From positions 1,717,966-1,745,842 of the forward strand of contig MU053754.1 in assembly GCA_013239625.1 (NCBI GenBank): a stretch of 27,877 bases of DNA, in the 5' to 3' direction. Under the pieces are notes generated by a model, which worked only from the letters and a program-made list of their open reading frames with translations, was not told where the DNA came from and searched no databases. The position numbers were made by a program, and so were the translations under genes. Every line of letters begins with the position of its first letter. Within the stretch, counting starts at the first letter, position 1. Shown in pieces: positions 1-10,756 of this stretch. Source of the stretch: Lama guanicoe. Lineage: Eukaryota.

Positions 1-1274
1 TGACAAACAGACTCCTCACTGGGTGGCTGGTGAGTCATAGAACTGAGGCACGCTGGAGCCTGGTCCTCACCATCATGGGACCTGGCCAGAGCCAGCCAGG
101 CAGCCAGACTTCCCGGTGCCCTAATTAACGGCTGTCGGAAACTGTGCTTTGCACTGGAGGGGCCAAGTCATCTGGCAGGTGAAGGGAAAGCTAGAGAGGA
201 ACCGTCAACCAGAACAGTCCAGCTCCTTCTTTGAAGACAAAGCCTTGTGGCTGTGTTTTCGTTATTAAGCTAACCTTCTTTCACAAGGATGAAATGAAAT
301 GCCCGGGGCTCATTGGTACAAGGCTGGAGCAGCTGAGGGGAAGTGACGCCGAAGGGAATTGACTTCCCTTCAAATATGTGCTGGTTTAGAAATAGCAGAT
401 TGTTTTCTATGAACAGTTGAGAAAAGAGCATTAATTACAAACAAATGTAAATTCAGTGGGTTAAGCAGGATTCCCCTCCGCATAACTTTTATTAAGGATG
501 AAAGTGGGAGAGAAGACGCTTCTGCCGTCACTAATGCTTGGGTGTTCTTTGGAAGACCCTCCAATATGGTGACAAGCCGCAGGGAATGTTGGGATAAGTC
601 AGTCTAACCTCTTGAATTGTTTGTGTTCCTCTTTTGTTGTCATTAAAGGGTGTAAAAATGCTTTTTTGATCCATTTAAATCAAGTATGAATGCAGCATTA
701 ATTTTCTCCTAGTTTCTGACTTTGCTTCTCCTTTCTAATTGGAAATAAACGCAGGCTGTCATTTTTGTGTAAGGCGTGAGTAACGTTTAAAGAGAGAATT
801 TCATTCGCCACGATAAAAGACGTTGAGAGTTAAGCAATATAAGAGCAAAACCAAAGCAAACAAAAAAGCAGAAAATGTGTTCGGTGGAATTTAACTATAA
901 TTAACCATACTAATTCAATATGGTAGAAACAAATGATCACAGGACATTTTAGTGCAGCTTGTTGATTCATGAACTTTTTATCTGTTAAATGTTAAGCACC
1001 TACTGTGGGGACGACATATGTTGGGGTTGGGCCTCTTGGGCTGGACTTGGCAATTAAATTCTGTGTCTCAGAGAGAAAAAAGGTTTCTCTCTTGCTCCTT
1101 GAAACACTGGATGCTCAGATTGAATTTGTCCCCGGATGCCGATGGGCCCAAGGGTGAATGTTGTTGAAGGGAACTGCCTTAGAAGGAAGGCGAAATAAGA
1201 TTCAGAGGAGGTTAAGCATTTCTCCTGGGACAGAGCTTACTCTCTGGGTTTGGCCCTTCCTTTCTGTTTGTATG

Positions 1275-1470
1275 TATTTGTTATAGTACATGCTGTTTAT
1301 TTACTTAAAATCCGTAAAATTCAAAGAGTACTGAAGGGTATGAGTGAGAAGTAAAAACCTCTTTCTTCCTCTTAATCCCACTTCCCAGAGCAACCACTGT
1401 TGATAATTTCTTGTTTATTTTTCCAGATGTTTTGCGTACAGTTAGAAGCATGTGTGTTGTGTGTACTTTA
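1275..1470 (-). mobile_element. L1ME-type LINE-1 3' end fragment, interrupted by the SINE and probably continuing at ~1680-1770
   Basis: AAAATTCAAAGAGTACTGAAGGGTATGAGTGAGAAGTAAAA...CCCAGAGCAACCACTGTTGATAATTTCTTGTTTATTTTTCCAGA resembles the antisense L1ME 3'UTR as I recall it. Confidence 0.65.
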
Positions 1471-1486
1471 TTTACATCATGGTTTC

Positions 1487-1664
1487 ATTTTTTAAAAATT
1501 TTTTAAAATGTCTTAAAAAATTTTATTGTTATTACTTTTTTTTGGTGGGGGGAGATAATAAGGTTTACTTATTTATTTATTCTTAGAGGAGGTACTGGGG
1601 ACCGAACCCAGGACCCCATGCATCCTAAGCACGCTCTCTACCACTTGAGCTATACTCTCGCCCC
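1487..1664 (-). mobile_element. tRNA-derived SINE, camelid vic-1 family
   Basis: Minus strand reads GGGGCGAGAGTATAGCTCAAGTGGTAGAGAGCGTGCTTAGGATGCATGGGGTCCTGGGTTCGGTCCCCAGTACCTCCTCTAAGAATAAATAAATAAGTAAACCTTATTATCTCCCCCCACCAAAAAAAA plus an A-rich tail. Pol III A box at 1641-1652, B box at 1598-1608. Candidate degenerate TSD TACATCATGGTTTC (1473-1486) / TACAGCGTGGTTTT (1665-1678), 11/14 identical. Confidence 0.9.
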
Positions 1665-1774
1665 TACAGCGTGGTTTTAAACAGAAGCAAACCTATAAAT
1701 AAAATACACAGGTATGCACATATGTCTTGGGCATGTTGGTTTGCCAGTAGATAGACATCCCCTTGTACATCAGA

Positions 1775-2180
1775 TGAGTATCCATTATGGTTCTTGATTT
1801 TAAACAACAGAAACAGTTCCTGGCCAACTAAAGTTGGACCCTTGGGAATTGAGGAAGGGCAGCAAGGCCAGTCTTGGGAGCCCAGGAATCAAGGTTGCTC
1901 TGCAGGACTGAGAATTTTCACTCTGGCAGGAACAGCCTGGCCTGCATATCATCACACTAGTGTAACCAAGACCATAAGAGAAACTCCAAATACATCTCTG
2001 TTCTTGTGTCACTACCTCAAGACTCAGAGTGTGTGTGATTGTGGTGTGAGTGTGTGTGTCGGTGAGCACGCACGAGTGATGGAAGGCCCTATCTAACTGG
2101 CTGAACTGGAGTCTGTGCCCATGTAGTGGCTGGGCCAGGCGCCAAGGAGAGCTCCCCTGGCAGTCTTCCCATGAGGAATT
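1775..2180 (-). mobile_element. Old ERVL-class solo LTR, LTR33-like
   Basis: AACAACAGAAACAGTTCCTGGCCAACTAAAG, TTCTTGTGTCACTACCTCAAGACTCA and ATCTAACTGGCTGAACTGGAGTCTGTGCCCA resemble remembered LTR33 segments in the expected order. Highly diverged. Confidence 0.45.
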
Positions 2181-2186
2181 GCCCTC

Positions 2187-2990
2187 ACCAGGTTTTGAGG
2201 GGCCTGGAGCAAGTACTTACACAATTTTTCAAAGTTGGCAGAAATAGCACATTCTGGGAAAATTACATTTATGAATGAATTAATTGCCTGATATGCCTCT
2301 GTATTTATTTCGCTTAGGTTGTATATTCTCAGGTCACCCCTTTCTGTGACAGTGGGTTTGCAATATCGTCTTCAGACAGGAAGGAGAGAGTTCAGGGTCC
2401 CCATGGGCTGGTGACCAGTTGCTGTGCTGTGACGGTTCTTTACAGCCCCTTGTTGCTAATGGCCTCTCAACTTTTTTGTCTTGTTGTTTTGGAAAGTCTC
2501 CAGTAATTTTATTTGATAAATGATAAACATTGATAAGCGATTTGGTAAGTGATAAAAGTTCTGTGGAAGACTTTTCCAGAGGCTAGCTCTGGCTGTGATA
2601 GTGTCTAGCTTTGTTTCTGCCCTCATGCTGTTTTTGCGATGATACTCTGTCCAGCCCTGCCCACTGTGCCCTGACATTAGATAGTTTATCCTAACATACA
2701 ATGTATCTGGAAGCCAGCGTTCCACCCACACCGCCAGCAGTGCCCCGGCAGCATGGGGTACTGGGACTCTTCCGGCTGGATGCGCGCAGCCAGGACGGAG
2801 TGTGTGGCACCCTCGCAGCCTCTGCTGACGGGGGGAGGGGGAGGGGGCAGGGGACTGGCTGGGCACTGATGGGGACGTGTCTTGCTTTTGCGTATTTTCA
2901 TAATTGTATGAGCTTGTCAACTATTTGTTCCTAAAACCTTGGAGGAGACCAGGGCAAGAGGGAGCTTGGTCTTCGTTCACGCTCCTCTGT
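2187..2990. mobile_element. Zaphod-like hAT-Tip100 DNA transposon relic
   Basis: Ordered matches to the remembered Zaphod consensus: CCAGGTTTTGAGGGGCCTGGAGC...ACAATTT at the start, AATTGCCTGATATGCCTCTGTA, GACTTTTCCAGAGGCTAGCTCTGGCT, TATCTGGAAGCCA, and at the end TCTTGCTTTTGCGTATTTT...CCTTGGAGGAGACCAGGGCAAGAGGGAGC...CCTCTG. Confidence 0.6.
2830..2853 (+). other. G-quadruplex motif G6-A-G5-A-G5-CA-G4
   Basis: Read directly: GGGGGGAGGGGGAGGGGGCAGGGG, four runs of at least 4 G with 1-2 nt loops. Folding in vivo is not shown. Confidence 0.7.
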
Positions 2991-3369
2991 TCTCAGCACC
3001 ATCTCGTGAATGGAAAAGGAAGGAAGTCCCCTGTAAAGGAGCTGGGGTCCTGTTTGGAAGAGGGAGAGACAAGGGGCAGTTAAAACTGAGTACGTGTTGT
3101 GTGCTGGGCTACCCTAGACTGTGCCAGAGTGATAACGGGGTGCCGCGGCACTCCGTGTTCTTGGTGTGTAGAAGAGCCCCGGCTTGCAAGACTTGTGGTG
3201 TCCTGAGAAGCTGTCACTTGGCCAGTGCAGGGACAGCTCAGCTGTTCAGTCCCTGGCGCTCGCGGGGGGAATGTGGCTTGAGCCCTCGCCCGTCCCCCTC
3301 TCAGTGGTTGTTGTAGTGAACAGCTGTCCATGCCTTGCGGTTTTCCAAAGGCCTTCGTCTTTGATCTAC

Positions 3370-3520
3370 CTGCCTCCTTGTGAGGCAGGCAGGCTGGGCG
3401 TTGTCCCATTTGAGGAACCAGGGAAGTGCAGTTTAAGGTTCAGGAAGTGGTGCTGAGTGGAGTAAGAGCCTGTACCTTGCCATTCCAGCTGAGTGTCCCT
3501 GCTGCCTCTGTGCCTCACTG
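3370..3520 (-). mobile_element. Degenerate MIR SINE fragment
   Basis: CCTTGTGAGGCAGG...TTGTCCCATTTGAGGAAC...AAGGTTCAGGAAGTGG resembles the antisense MIR core. Confidence 0.4.
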
Positions 3521-4802
3521 GACTTCATTTTGTGACTCCTCTAGGGGCTTGCGTGAGTCATGCGTCTGTCGTGGGTGGGACCAGGGGGCCCAGGAGCAGG
3601 AAATCAGCTGGCTGTAGGGAGACTAGACATCTGGCTGCACCGTCCATGCGATTGTGGCCAACATGAAGCCCTGTGTGTCTCACTTCTCAAGGCAGCTGGG
3701 TGCTGGGCGCGTGGCCATCAAATGTGTGTTTCCCTGACTGTGAGGAAGACCATTGGATTCTTTCCTCTCCTTCTGTTCCTCCTGCTGTTCGGTGCCAGCT
3801 CACATCCTGGGTGGGGTATTCAAGTCCCCCCGGTGGACTGAAAGCAAACATGGGGAGACCAGGAGCGAGATGAGGCAGAGACGTTAGGATGTGTTGTCTG
3901 AATCCTGGTGGCCTGCGGTGCTGGTGGTCTGTCGGTGCTCACAAAGGACGAGCTTGGGGACTGGCCACTAAGTCTCACTCTTCAGTAGTTTACTTGGGTG
4001 GACTTGTCTGAGGTCTTCTAGGTGACAGATCTGGTGCCTGAAGGGCGAGGTGTAGACATTCCCACACAAACATAAGGTTCCAGAACAAAAGTCAGTGGCC
4101 ACAAACCCCAACCCTCCGTCCGCACAGGTGACCCCCACACACAGAGGATCCTGAATGAGGTGGTGCCTAAATCAACCAAGCGCTGGGGACAGTCTGGCTC
4201 CTCAAAGATGACGTGTGAAAAAGAAACTCCAGCCTAGGAACAATAAGCATTTCACCAGCACGAGTGGCCCGCAAGGCTGAAGACCCAGAGGACCAGAGCG
4301 TGAGCCAGGATGAGGCTGCTCTGGGGCCCAGACGGAGGCGCTCAGCCCAGCTGGAAAACTCATGATGGAATTTGAACTTCCCTCTGGAATAGGCCAGAGA
4401 CTCCCAGCGGCTTCAGCGCACGTTGCGGGTCTGGGAAGGGCAAGACGTATCCTTCAAGGCAGCGTCCAGCATGGAGGTCCTGCCTTCCTTTGAGGTTGTG
4501 GGTCTCGTACAGCTTCAAGGTATCAGCTGGGGTTCCCCTTGAGGGAGCGCTTTACCCAAGGAGAAGAAGGTTCTAGGCGCTCTTAAGTGTCGCCTCCAGG
4601 AAGCCTTATCTAAGGAGCAGGTCACTGATGTTGGGTGAGAATGGAAAGTTCTTTGCAGGCTTCACTAGGGTTTGAACTCATATGTTTGAAAGGGTAATCC
4701 TCTGTTTTTAACAGCAGCCAAAGTCCACATCCCTTCACCCACCTTCACGTACACCCTGGTGAGGACTGAGAGGCAAGGTTTTCACCCTGTTGCTCAAATA
4801 TT

Positions 4803-5306
4803 GCCACCTGGTACTGCCACTTAGTACCACACCTAGCCCCGCCACCTAGTACTACCACCTAGCACCGCCACCTAATACTGCCACTTAGTACTGCCACCTA
4901 GCATCGCCACCTAGTACTACCACCTAGCACCGCCACCTAGTACTACCATCTAGCACCACACCTAGCACCACCACCTAATACTGCCACCTAGTACTACCAC
5001 CACCTAGCACCACCACCTCGTACTACCACCTAGCACCGCCACCTAGCACTGCCACCTAGTACTACCACCTAGCACTGCCACCTAGTACCACACCTAGCAC
5101 CACCACCTAGTACTACCACCTAGCAATGCCACCTAGTACTACCACCTAGCACTGCCACCTAGTACCACACCTAGCACCACCACCTAGTACTACCACCTAG
5201 CACCGCCACCTAGTATTACCACCTAGCACTGCCACCTAGTACCACCACTTAGCAACTGCCACCTGGTACCATCACCTGGCACCACCACCTCGTACCGCCA
5301 CCCAGC
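4803..5306. repeat. Minisatellite, ~38 copies of a 13-bp unit CTAG(T/C)AC(T/C)(A/G)CCAC
   Basis: Parsed by hand: 38 units between 4808 and 5301, mostly 13 bp, four of 12 bp, one of 14 and one of 16. Units are most homogeneous in the centre and degenerate at the edges. Confidence 0.97.
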
Positions 5307-5824
5307 ATTCCGGGAAATGCATGCAGATGGTGTTGTGAATTATTTTGAAATATTCTGAGCTCCTATAGTTAAGTATTTGCTCAGTCAGGAGCATGAGAAT
5401 TATGATTCTTAATCTCCCCTGGGATCTGTGAAGCTTTCTGGGGAGGTGTCCTAGCTGGAGAGCAGGGGACGTATGATGTCTTGAAATTCTGGCCCGGTTT
5501 TCACTCTGAGGCACCCAAGGTCACCTGAGTGATGCCTGGCCTTGCAGAGTCTGCAGAGGGGAGGCTGGTCATGCCTGCCTGGCTCATGGTGGGAGGGTCC
5601 AGAGAGACTCAGGAAGCTAGAAATACTTGTGTAATGATCCAGAAATGTCCAGCTCGACACATGCAAAGTCAGTGGGTTCTTTTCTTTTAACGGGAGTAAT
5701 TTGGACTTTTACTTCAGTATTAAGACTGAGGTATTTTGTTGAAGACAAATAGTAGCCACTGGAGCTGGCAGGGAGCAGAATAACTCACTTAAATCCAAGG
5801 TTTAGTCCATCCTTTTCCTCCCAC

Positions 5825-6500
5825 TCTATATTTTGAAAAATTTCAAACCCATGGAAGACTCAAAGAATACATTCATCAATTGATAACACTTTGCCATTTT
5901 TTTGAACTGTTACATTCTTCATTCCCTTCCTGCATTATTTTTTTTCCTTTTTTCAGTTTTATTAGGTAGCATTATTACTCTCTTGAGCAGTAATTTTCTT
6001 TCCCTTTCTACCCCCACCCCATCTCTCTCTCTCTCTACCTCCTTCTATTCCCTCTTTCTTTCCTGAACGTTTGGAGAATAAGGATACTTTTTAATATAAA
6101 AATCACTTACATGGTCCAGAAGTTTCCACTCTTCATAGGTGTCCTGAAAAGTCCTATTTGCCTCCTCACCCTCCCGCACCATGTCCACTTCACCTCTTCA
6201 GCCTGTCTTCAAGGCCTCCTGCTGCTTTTCTTTGTCCCTGTTGGCATGTGTTTAAAGCCTCCTTTAAAGATCTATTTGTATATTTACATAGACAAAGCGT
6301 CCCCTTTCTAAGTAGGGTTTGTGACCCATCATGATGGAAGCACGAAGACTGTGAATGTTGGTAAAGGCCCTCGGGTTCTCTTCGTGGTGGTCTTGGACTG
6401 TGTGCAGAACGGGGGCGTGTGGGGCATTTGTCCTTGAAGACAAATTCTGTGCGAACTGCCAATAAAATTCGCTTTGCTCTGTCAGATGTCTGCTCCAGGT
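5825..6500 (-). mobile_element. L1MC/L1MD-type LINE-1 3' fragment(s) with an internal CT-rich low-complexity tract (~5995-6062)
   Basis: TATTTTGAAAAATTTCAAACCCATGGAAGA...ATTGATAACACTTTGCCAT and GAATAAGGATACTTTTTAATATAA resemble antisense old L1M 3' ends. Downstream boundary uncertain. Confidence 0.5.
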
Positions 6501-8574
6501 GGGCGTACCTCTCGTACAGTCGGTAGCTAACCTGCAGATGCATCCCATCTAAGTATCAACTGTTCTACTGTTTATTAAGCTTGCTTTGTAGGATTTTTAG
6601 TGCTCTTTTGGAGTTAGGAGGGTTTCTCTGGTGGCATGGTGTAAAGAAATAGAACTGGGTCCATTTGTGATCACCTGATGCGCACAACAATGTATGTGTA
6701 ACTGGAGAGCTTATCAGACACCAGCAACCCTGAAAGGCACAGAGTTAACGGTGGTAGGCGGTGTCATATATATAAAAAAATATATATAAAAAATTTCTCG
6801 TGCTTGAAGGTGTCAGTTGCCCCCGATACACGTTTCTTAGTACAGACAGCACAAAGAGAGTGTTCTGGGTTCAGAAAGTCCTTTGCCTCCCTGAGGCCGT
6901 GGTCTGGATTTCTCTTGCTTTTCTCTCTGGTCTTCGCCTGTTGCTGCCTCAGCGGCACCTGTCTCCTCCCCGGGTCCAGAGCTGGGGCTGTGAGCTCTGC
7001 CACCAGAACGTGGGGTCTGCCTGTGCCCCTCCAGGGCAGGGTCTCAAACTCAGCCCCCATGCTAAACACACCCACCACCTCTTGCTGGTCAGCCTTCCCG
7101 CTGAGAACGGGCTTGACGTTTTTAATTGACTGAGGTGGGGGAGGGGACATCGAAGAGGAGTATTTCATGATACAGGAAAATGATGTGAAATTCAAAATCA
7201 GTGTTCATAAAATTTCAAATTTTGCCCATGAAAGTTTGGGGGAAATTTGTTTTCTCTCTTGTTATATAACCTCACACCGCATCCTCAGTTTTGCCTTTTG
7301 GCTCACCAAGCTTGAAGTATTTCCTATCTGGCCCTTTCCAGAAAGAGTCTGTCGACCCCAGCTGTATGGAATTAGACCTTCCAAACAGATGTTGTGATTG
7401 TGCGTCCCAAGCTGTTATAAAAGCCGCCTGAATCCTAATGTTTTGTGACTAAAAGTAAGGGGAATGATTTGCTTCCTTGTATACCAAGCAGACCTTCTTG
7501 CAGACAAGACTTTCATCATACCTTGGGCTCATTGTGCAGAATTCTTTTGGTGATGCCTTCACCTGCCAGGGGTTTCTGAGCACGGGGTGGGTGTGTGTTG
7601 GGGGTTTGGATGGCTTGGACACCCCACAGTCTGGATTTAGTCATGGGCAACAGTGAATTCCGTCTGGAACTTTGGAGAAAAAGAATACGGGGTCGGCTCC
7701 CCCCTGCTTAGGCCCTAAAAGCAGCATGAAGCATGTGTGTATTTCATTCAGCCTTCATTGTGGGGAAGAAAACCTGGAGGGACAGTGAGGACAGATGAGA
7801 GAGCCCGCTGAGGATTTAGGACACAATGTACGGGCGTGGCGCGTTCCCTCCTTGCCCACCTGGAGGGGTTGGTCTTAGAAATCATTCACAACCCCTTCAT
7901 GTCTGGTCACAGCTGTTTTCAAAAGGGGCCGTGGCCCTGGAATCCCAGAAATACTCCTCTGATCCTGCCCGAGGCCCTGTGCCATCAGTTGACGGAGAAA
8001 GAGTCAGATAGACGAAAGCATGAAAATTTTTATTGGACTTGTGGTTAAAAGGGGAAAATAAGAGCTTTGATGTAGACTCTATTTCCAGCGATCCGTTTGA
8101 ATCTTTGTCCACATGTCAGGTGAAAATAAACAGTAATTTAAAGGTAATATTTACGTAACCCACAAAAATCTTGGTCAAATGAGGGAAAGATGGAATCTGG
8201 GTTAATGCAGGACCATTTCCCGCGTTCTTTCCCTGATTGCAGGCTTCGGTGTAAAACTGATGAAAGAAGGCAATTTTGATTTTTGTTAGACTCTTCCAAA
8301 ATCATCTCGTTAAAAAAAAAATTTTTTTGGCATAGAAAAATGACTTGTACAGATTTCCTTTGTAAGAGCTTATTACATTTTGGTCATTTTAATGGAATTT
8401 GGATGAACAAAGTGTAATGCAGAATTTATTGAATTTTTAAGATCCCCCCAAAGAAAAATAATTCTGACTGTGATCATAATAATCTGGGAAAGTCAATTGT
8501 TCTGATTTTGAGGACCATGTATGCTTTAAATAATCAGGACACATTCATCCTGGGGACTTTTTAGTAGCTTGGAG

Positions 8575-8787
8575 CCGTGGTTCTCAACTGGGGGTGACCA
8601 TGTCCCCCAGGGAACATCTGGCAGTGTCTGGAGACATTTTTGGTTGTCCACAAGTGGGGACTGGGAGGAATGTTCTCAGCTTCTAGTGGGTGGAGACCAG
8701 GGGTGCCACTAGCTATGCACACAGCAGCTCCCACCACCGAGGATGAGCTGGCTGCGATGTTAGCAGTGCCAAAGTCAAGAAACCCTG
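8575..8787 (+). mobile_element. MER20 (hAT-Charlie MITE), full length
   Basis: Termini CCGTGGTTCTCAAC and GTCAAGAAACCCTG, internal TGTCTGGAGACATTTTTGGTTGTC. Degenerate 8-bp TSD GCTTGGAG (8567-8574) / GACTGGAG (8788-8795). Confidence 0.92.
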
Positions 8788-10317
8788 GACTGGAGCCTTC
8801 CTTCATGAGTTTCTTTTTAACGTGAATGTTATGTGTGTATAGACACACATGCACACACATAAATACACACGCTTGCAGAAACACACAGCACACAGGACAT
8901 GTGCCATGGGACTGGGCCTTGATACCTATTTTTAAGTGAATACTCAACATTCTCCCAGGGGTTGTAATTTCCTGTGCGCTGCGGCATGTATCTTGTTGGT
9001 GATGTTGGTGGCAGTGACATTAAGACCAAGGGGCCTGTTTTCTTCTGCTCAAGGGTCCAGACTAGAGGTGATTTCTTATTTTCAAAATGTAGTTTACCAC
9101 GTTCTGAGTTTTACTGTGGCATATCTCAGCAAAATGTTCTTTTGTATGTGTAAGCTGGTTGTGTTGCAGTGTTCTCCGTTACACCCTCCTAGTACAGAAG
9201 CAGAGGTGGAAAAAGGGAGGGGGCTCTTACACGGACGTGGAGTCACCAGCAATTCGGAGGAAGAGCTGTGTTGGCCTGTGATAGTTTTTGGAAATGCTTG
9301 TGCTCCGCATTGTTTGTGGAGAGGATATGGGATAGTTCTCCATGTCTAGCTTTGACCGTGGAACTTGAGAAAAGAATGTGGATTGGTGGTGCCAGCGCTA
9401 CGTAAGCACATGCTCTGCCTGGTGCTCAGCTGGCTCCGGAGTCGTCGAGACAAGTACAGGCTCTCCCTTGTCGAACCTTAGCTCCTTGCGGGGGCGGGCG
9501 AGGTGCTGGTGGCCCCCATTGCCGGGGCAGAGCTGGGGTGAAGCTATGGGCATTGGCGCCCTGGGAGGGGCCTGCTGGCCGTGTGGATGCGAAGCCCTTA
9601 GCTGAGGGAGGAGGTGAGGTGTGCGGGGCCCCAAATGGGCAGGGCCACGTCGGGCCAAGCCGGGCCCAGCTTGCCCAGGGGTCCCTGATGGGGCCTCCAT
9701 TTGGGGCTGTAAATCTTGTGGTTGTATTTCTCTTGGCCTCGAGGTCATGCATTTCTGGTTTGGGTATTTTGGGAAAAGGGGTGGAAGCATTTGGGGCCTT
9801 GGCTGACCCCACAGTCTTTGAGGACAGGAGCACACCTGGCCATGATGTGCAGTGGAAGGGGCCGTGGGCTTGGGCTCTGTGATGAGGAAAATCATCCAGC
9901 CTCGGTCTGTTTATCTGTGATTTGGGGATAAGGGTCCACGTGCAGATTAACTGAGGTGACTGACAGTTCAGGAAGCATTTGTGTGCCATCTGGGGTCCCG
10001 CTCCTGTAAGTAGCGCCCCACTTCTGGTCTTGATACCGCTCCGGCCTAAACTCCTACGTTGACCAGGCCTGCCTGCCTGCTCCCTTGACCACAATCCTCT
10101 GTAATTAGTAGGGGCCGAGGGGGAGCATTGTGAGCACAAAGTAGAAAACCAGGCAGAAATGCCGGGATTTACTTAAAGCAAAGAAGGACGTCTGCTCCCG
10201 CCGGCCAGCGCCGTGAACATGAACGCCGCTGTCAGTCACTGCTCCCGCCACCACCGCCCTGCTTTGTGTTGTGTTCAGACTCCAGACTCTTCTCGTTTCT
10301 CATGTTGGTCCTGACTG

Positions 10318-10756
10318 CGTGGTAGGCAGAGGAATGGCCCTGGAAGGACATCTCAGACCCGATTCTGGAGCCTGTGAATGTGACGTCTCATGGCAGAAGG
10401 GACTTGGCAGTTGTGATTCCGGAAACTTGGGATGGGGAAGTTGTCTTGAGCCCAGTGTCACCACAGAGGTGCGTCTGAGTGGAAGCAACAAGGAGGCAGT
10501 GGGTCAGGCTCAGAGAGAAGGCGTGTCCAGCAAAGCAGAGGTCAGAGCGGTGCGCGCCGGCGGACCAAGGAGGGTGGGCGGCCTGGAGGAGCTGGACTGG
10601 GTCAGGACCAGAATCTCCCCAGAGCCTCCAGCAGGAGCACAGCCCTGTGACCCGGGGCGGACACCTGACCTCCAGAACTGTCCCAGAGCCAGGCTGTGTT
10701 GCTTAGAGCAGCTGAGCCTGTGGTCATTTGTTACAGCGCCGTTGGGAACAAAGGCA
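10318..10756 (+). mobile_element. MaLR solo LTR, MLT1D-like
   Basis: Start CGTGGTAGGCAGAGGAATGGCCC, internal GGAGCCTGTGAATGTGAC...CATGGCAGAAGGGACTT, TCTCCCCAGAGCCTCCAGCAGGAGCACAGCCCTG and CTGACCTCCAGAACTGT, end TGTGGTCATTTGTTACAGC. Confidence 0.88.

Noticed and set aside
1590..1664. Functional tRNA gene
   Set aside because: It is the SINE head: followed by the vic-1 body and A-rich tail, with a mutated B box.
4040..4500. A/C-rich segment that may be another old transposable element
   Set aside because: I could not match it to any family with confidence; needs a Dfam search.
4803..5306. Tandem array as a CRISPR-like locus or coding repeat
   Set aside because: No unique spacers, the 13-bp unit is not a multiple of three and TAG recurs in shifting frames, and the context is mammalian.
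8831..8850. Perfect 8-bp hairpin ATGTGTGT-ATAG-ACACACAT
   Set aside because: Expected where TG- and CA-rich low-complexity tracts meet; too short for a pre-miRNA.
9440..9670. CpG-rich patch as a promoter CpG island
   Set aside because: Short, and similar patches occur throughout the window including inside old repeats; no adjacent first-exon evidence.
9398..10139. Longest ORFs (237 aa and 165 aa on minus) and overlapping plus-strand ORFs
   Set aside because: Open in several frames on both strands because of high GC; Pro/Gly/Arg/Ser-rich with no recognisable domain or exon structure.
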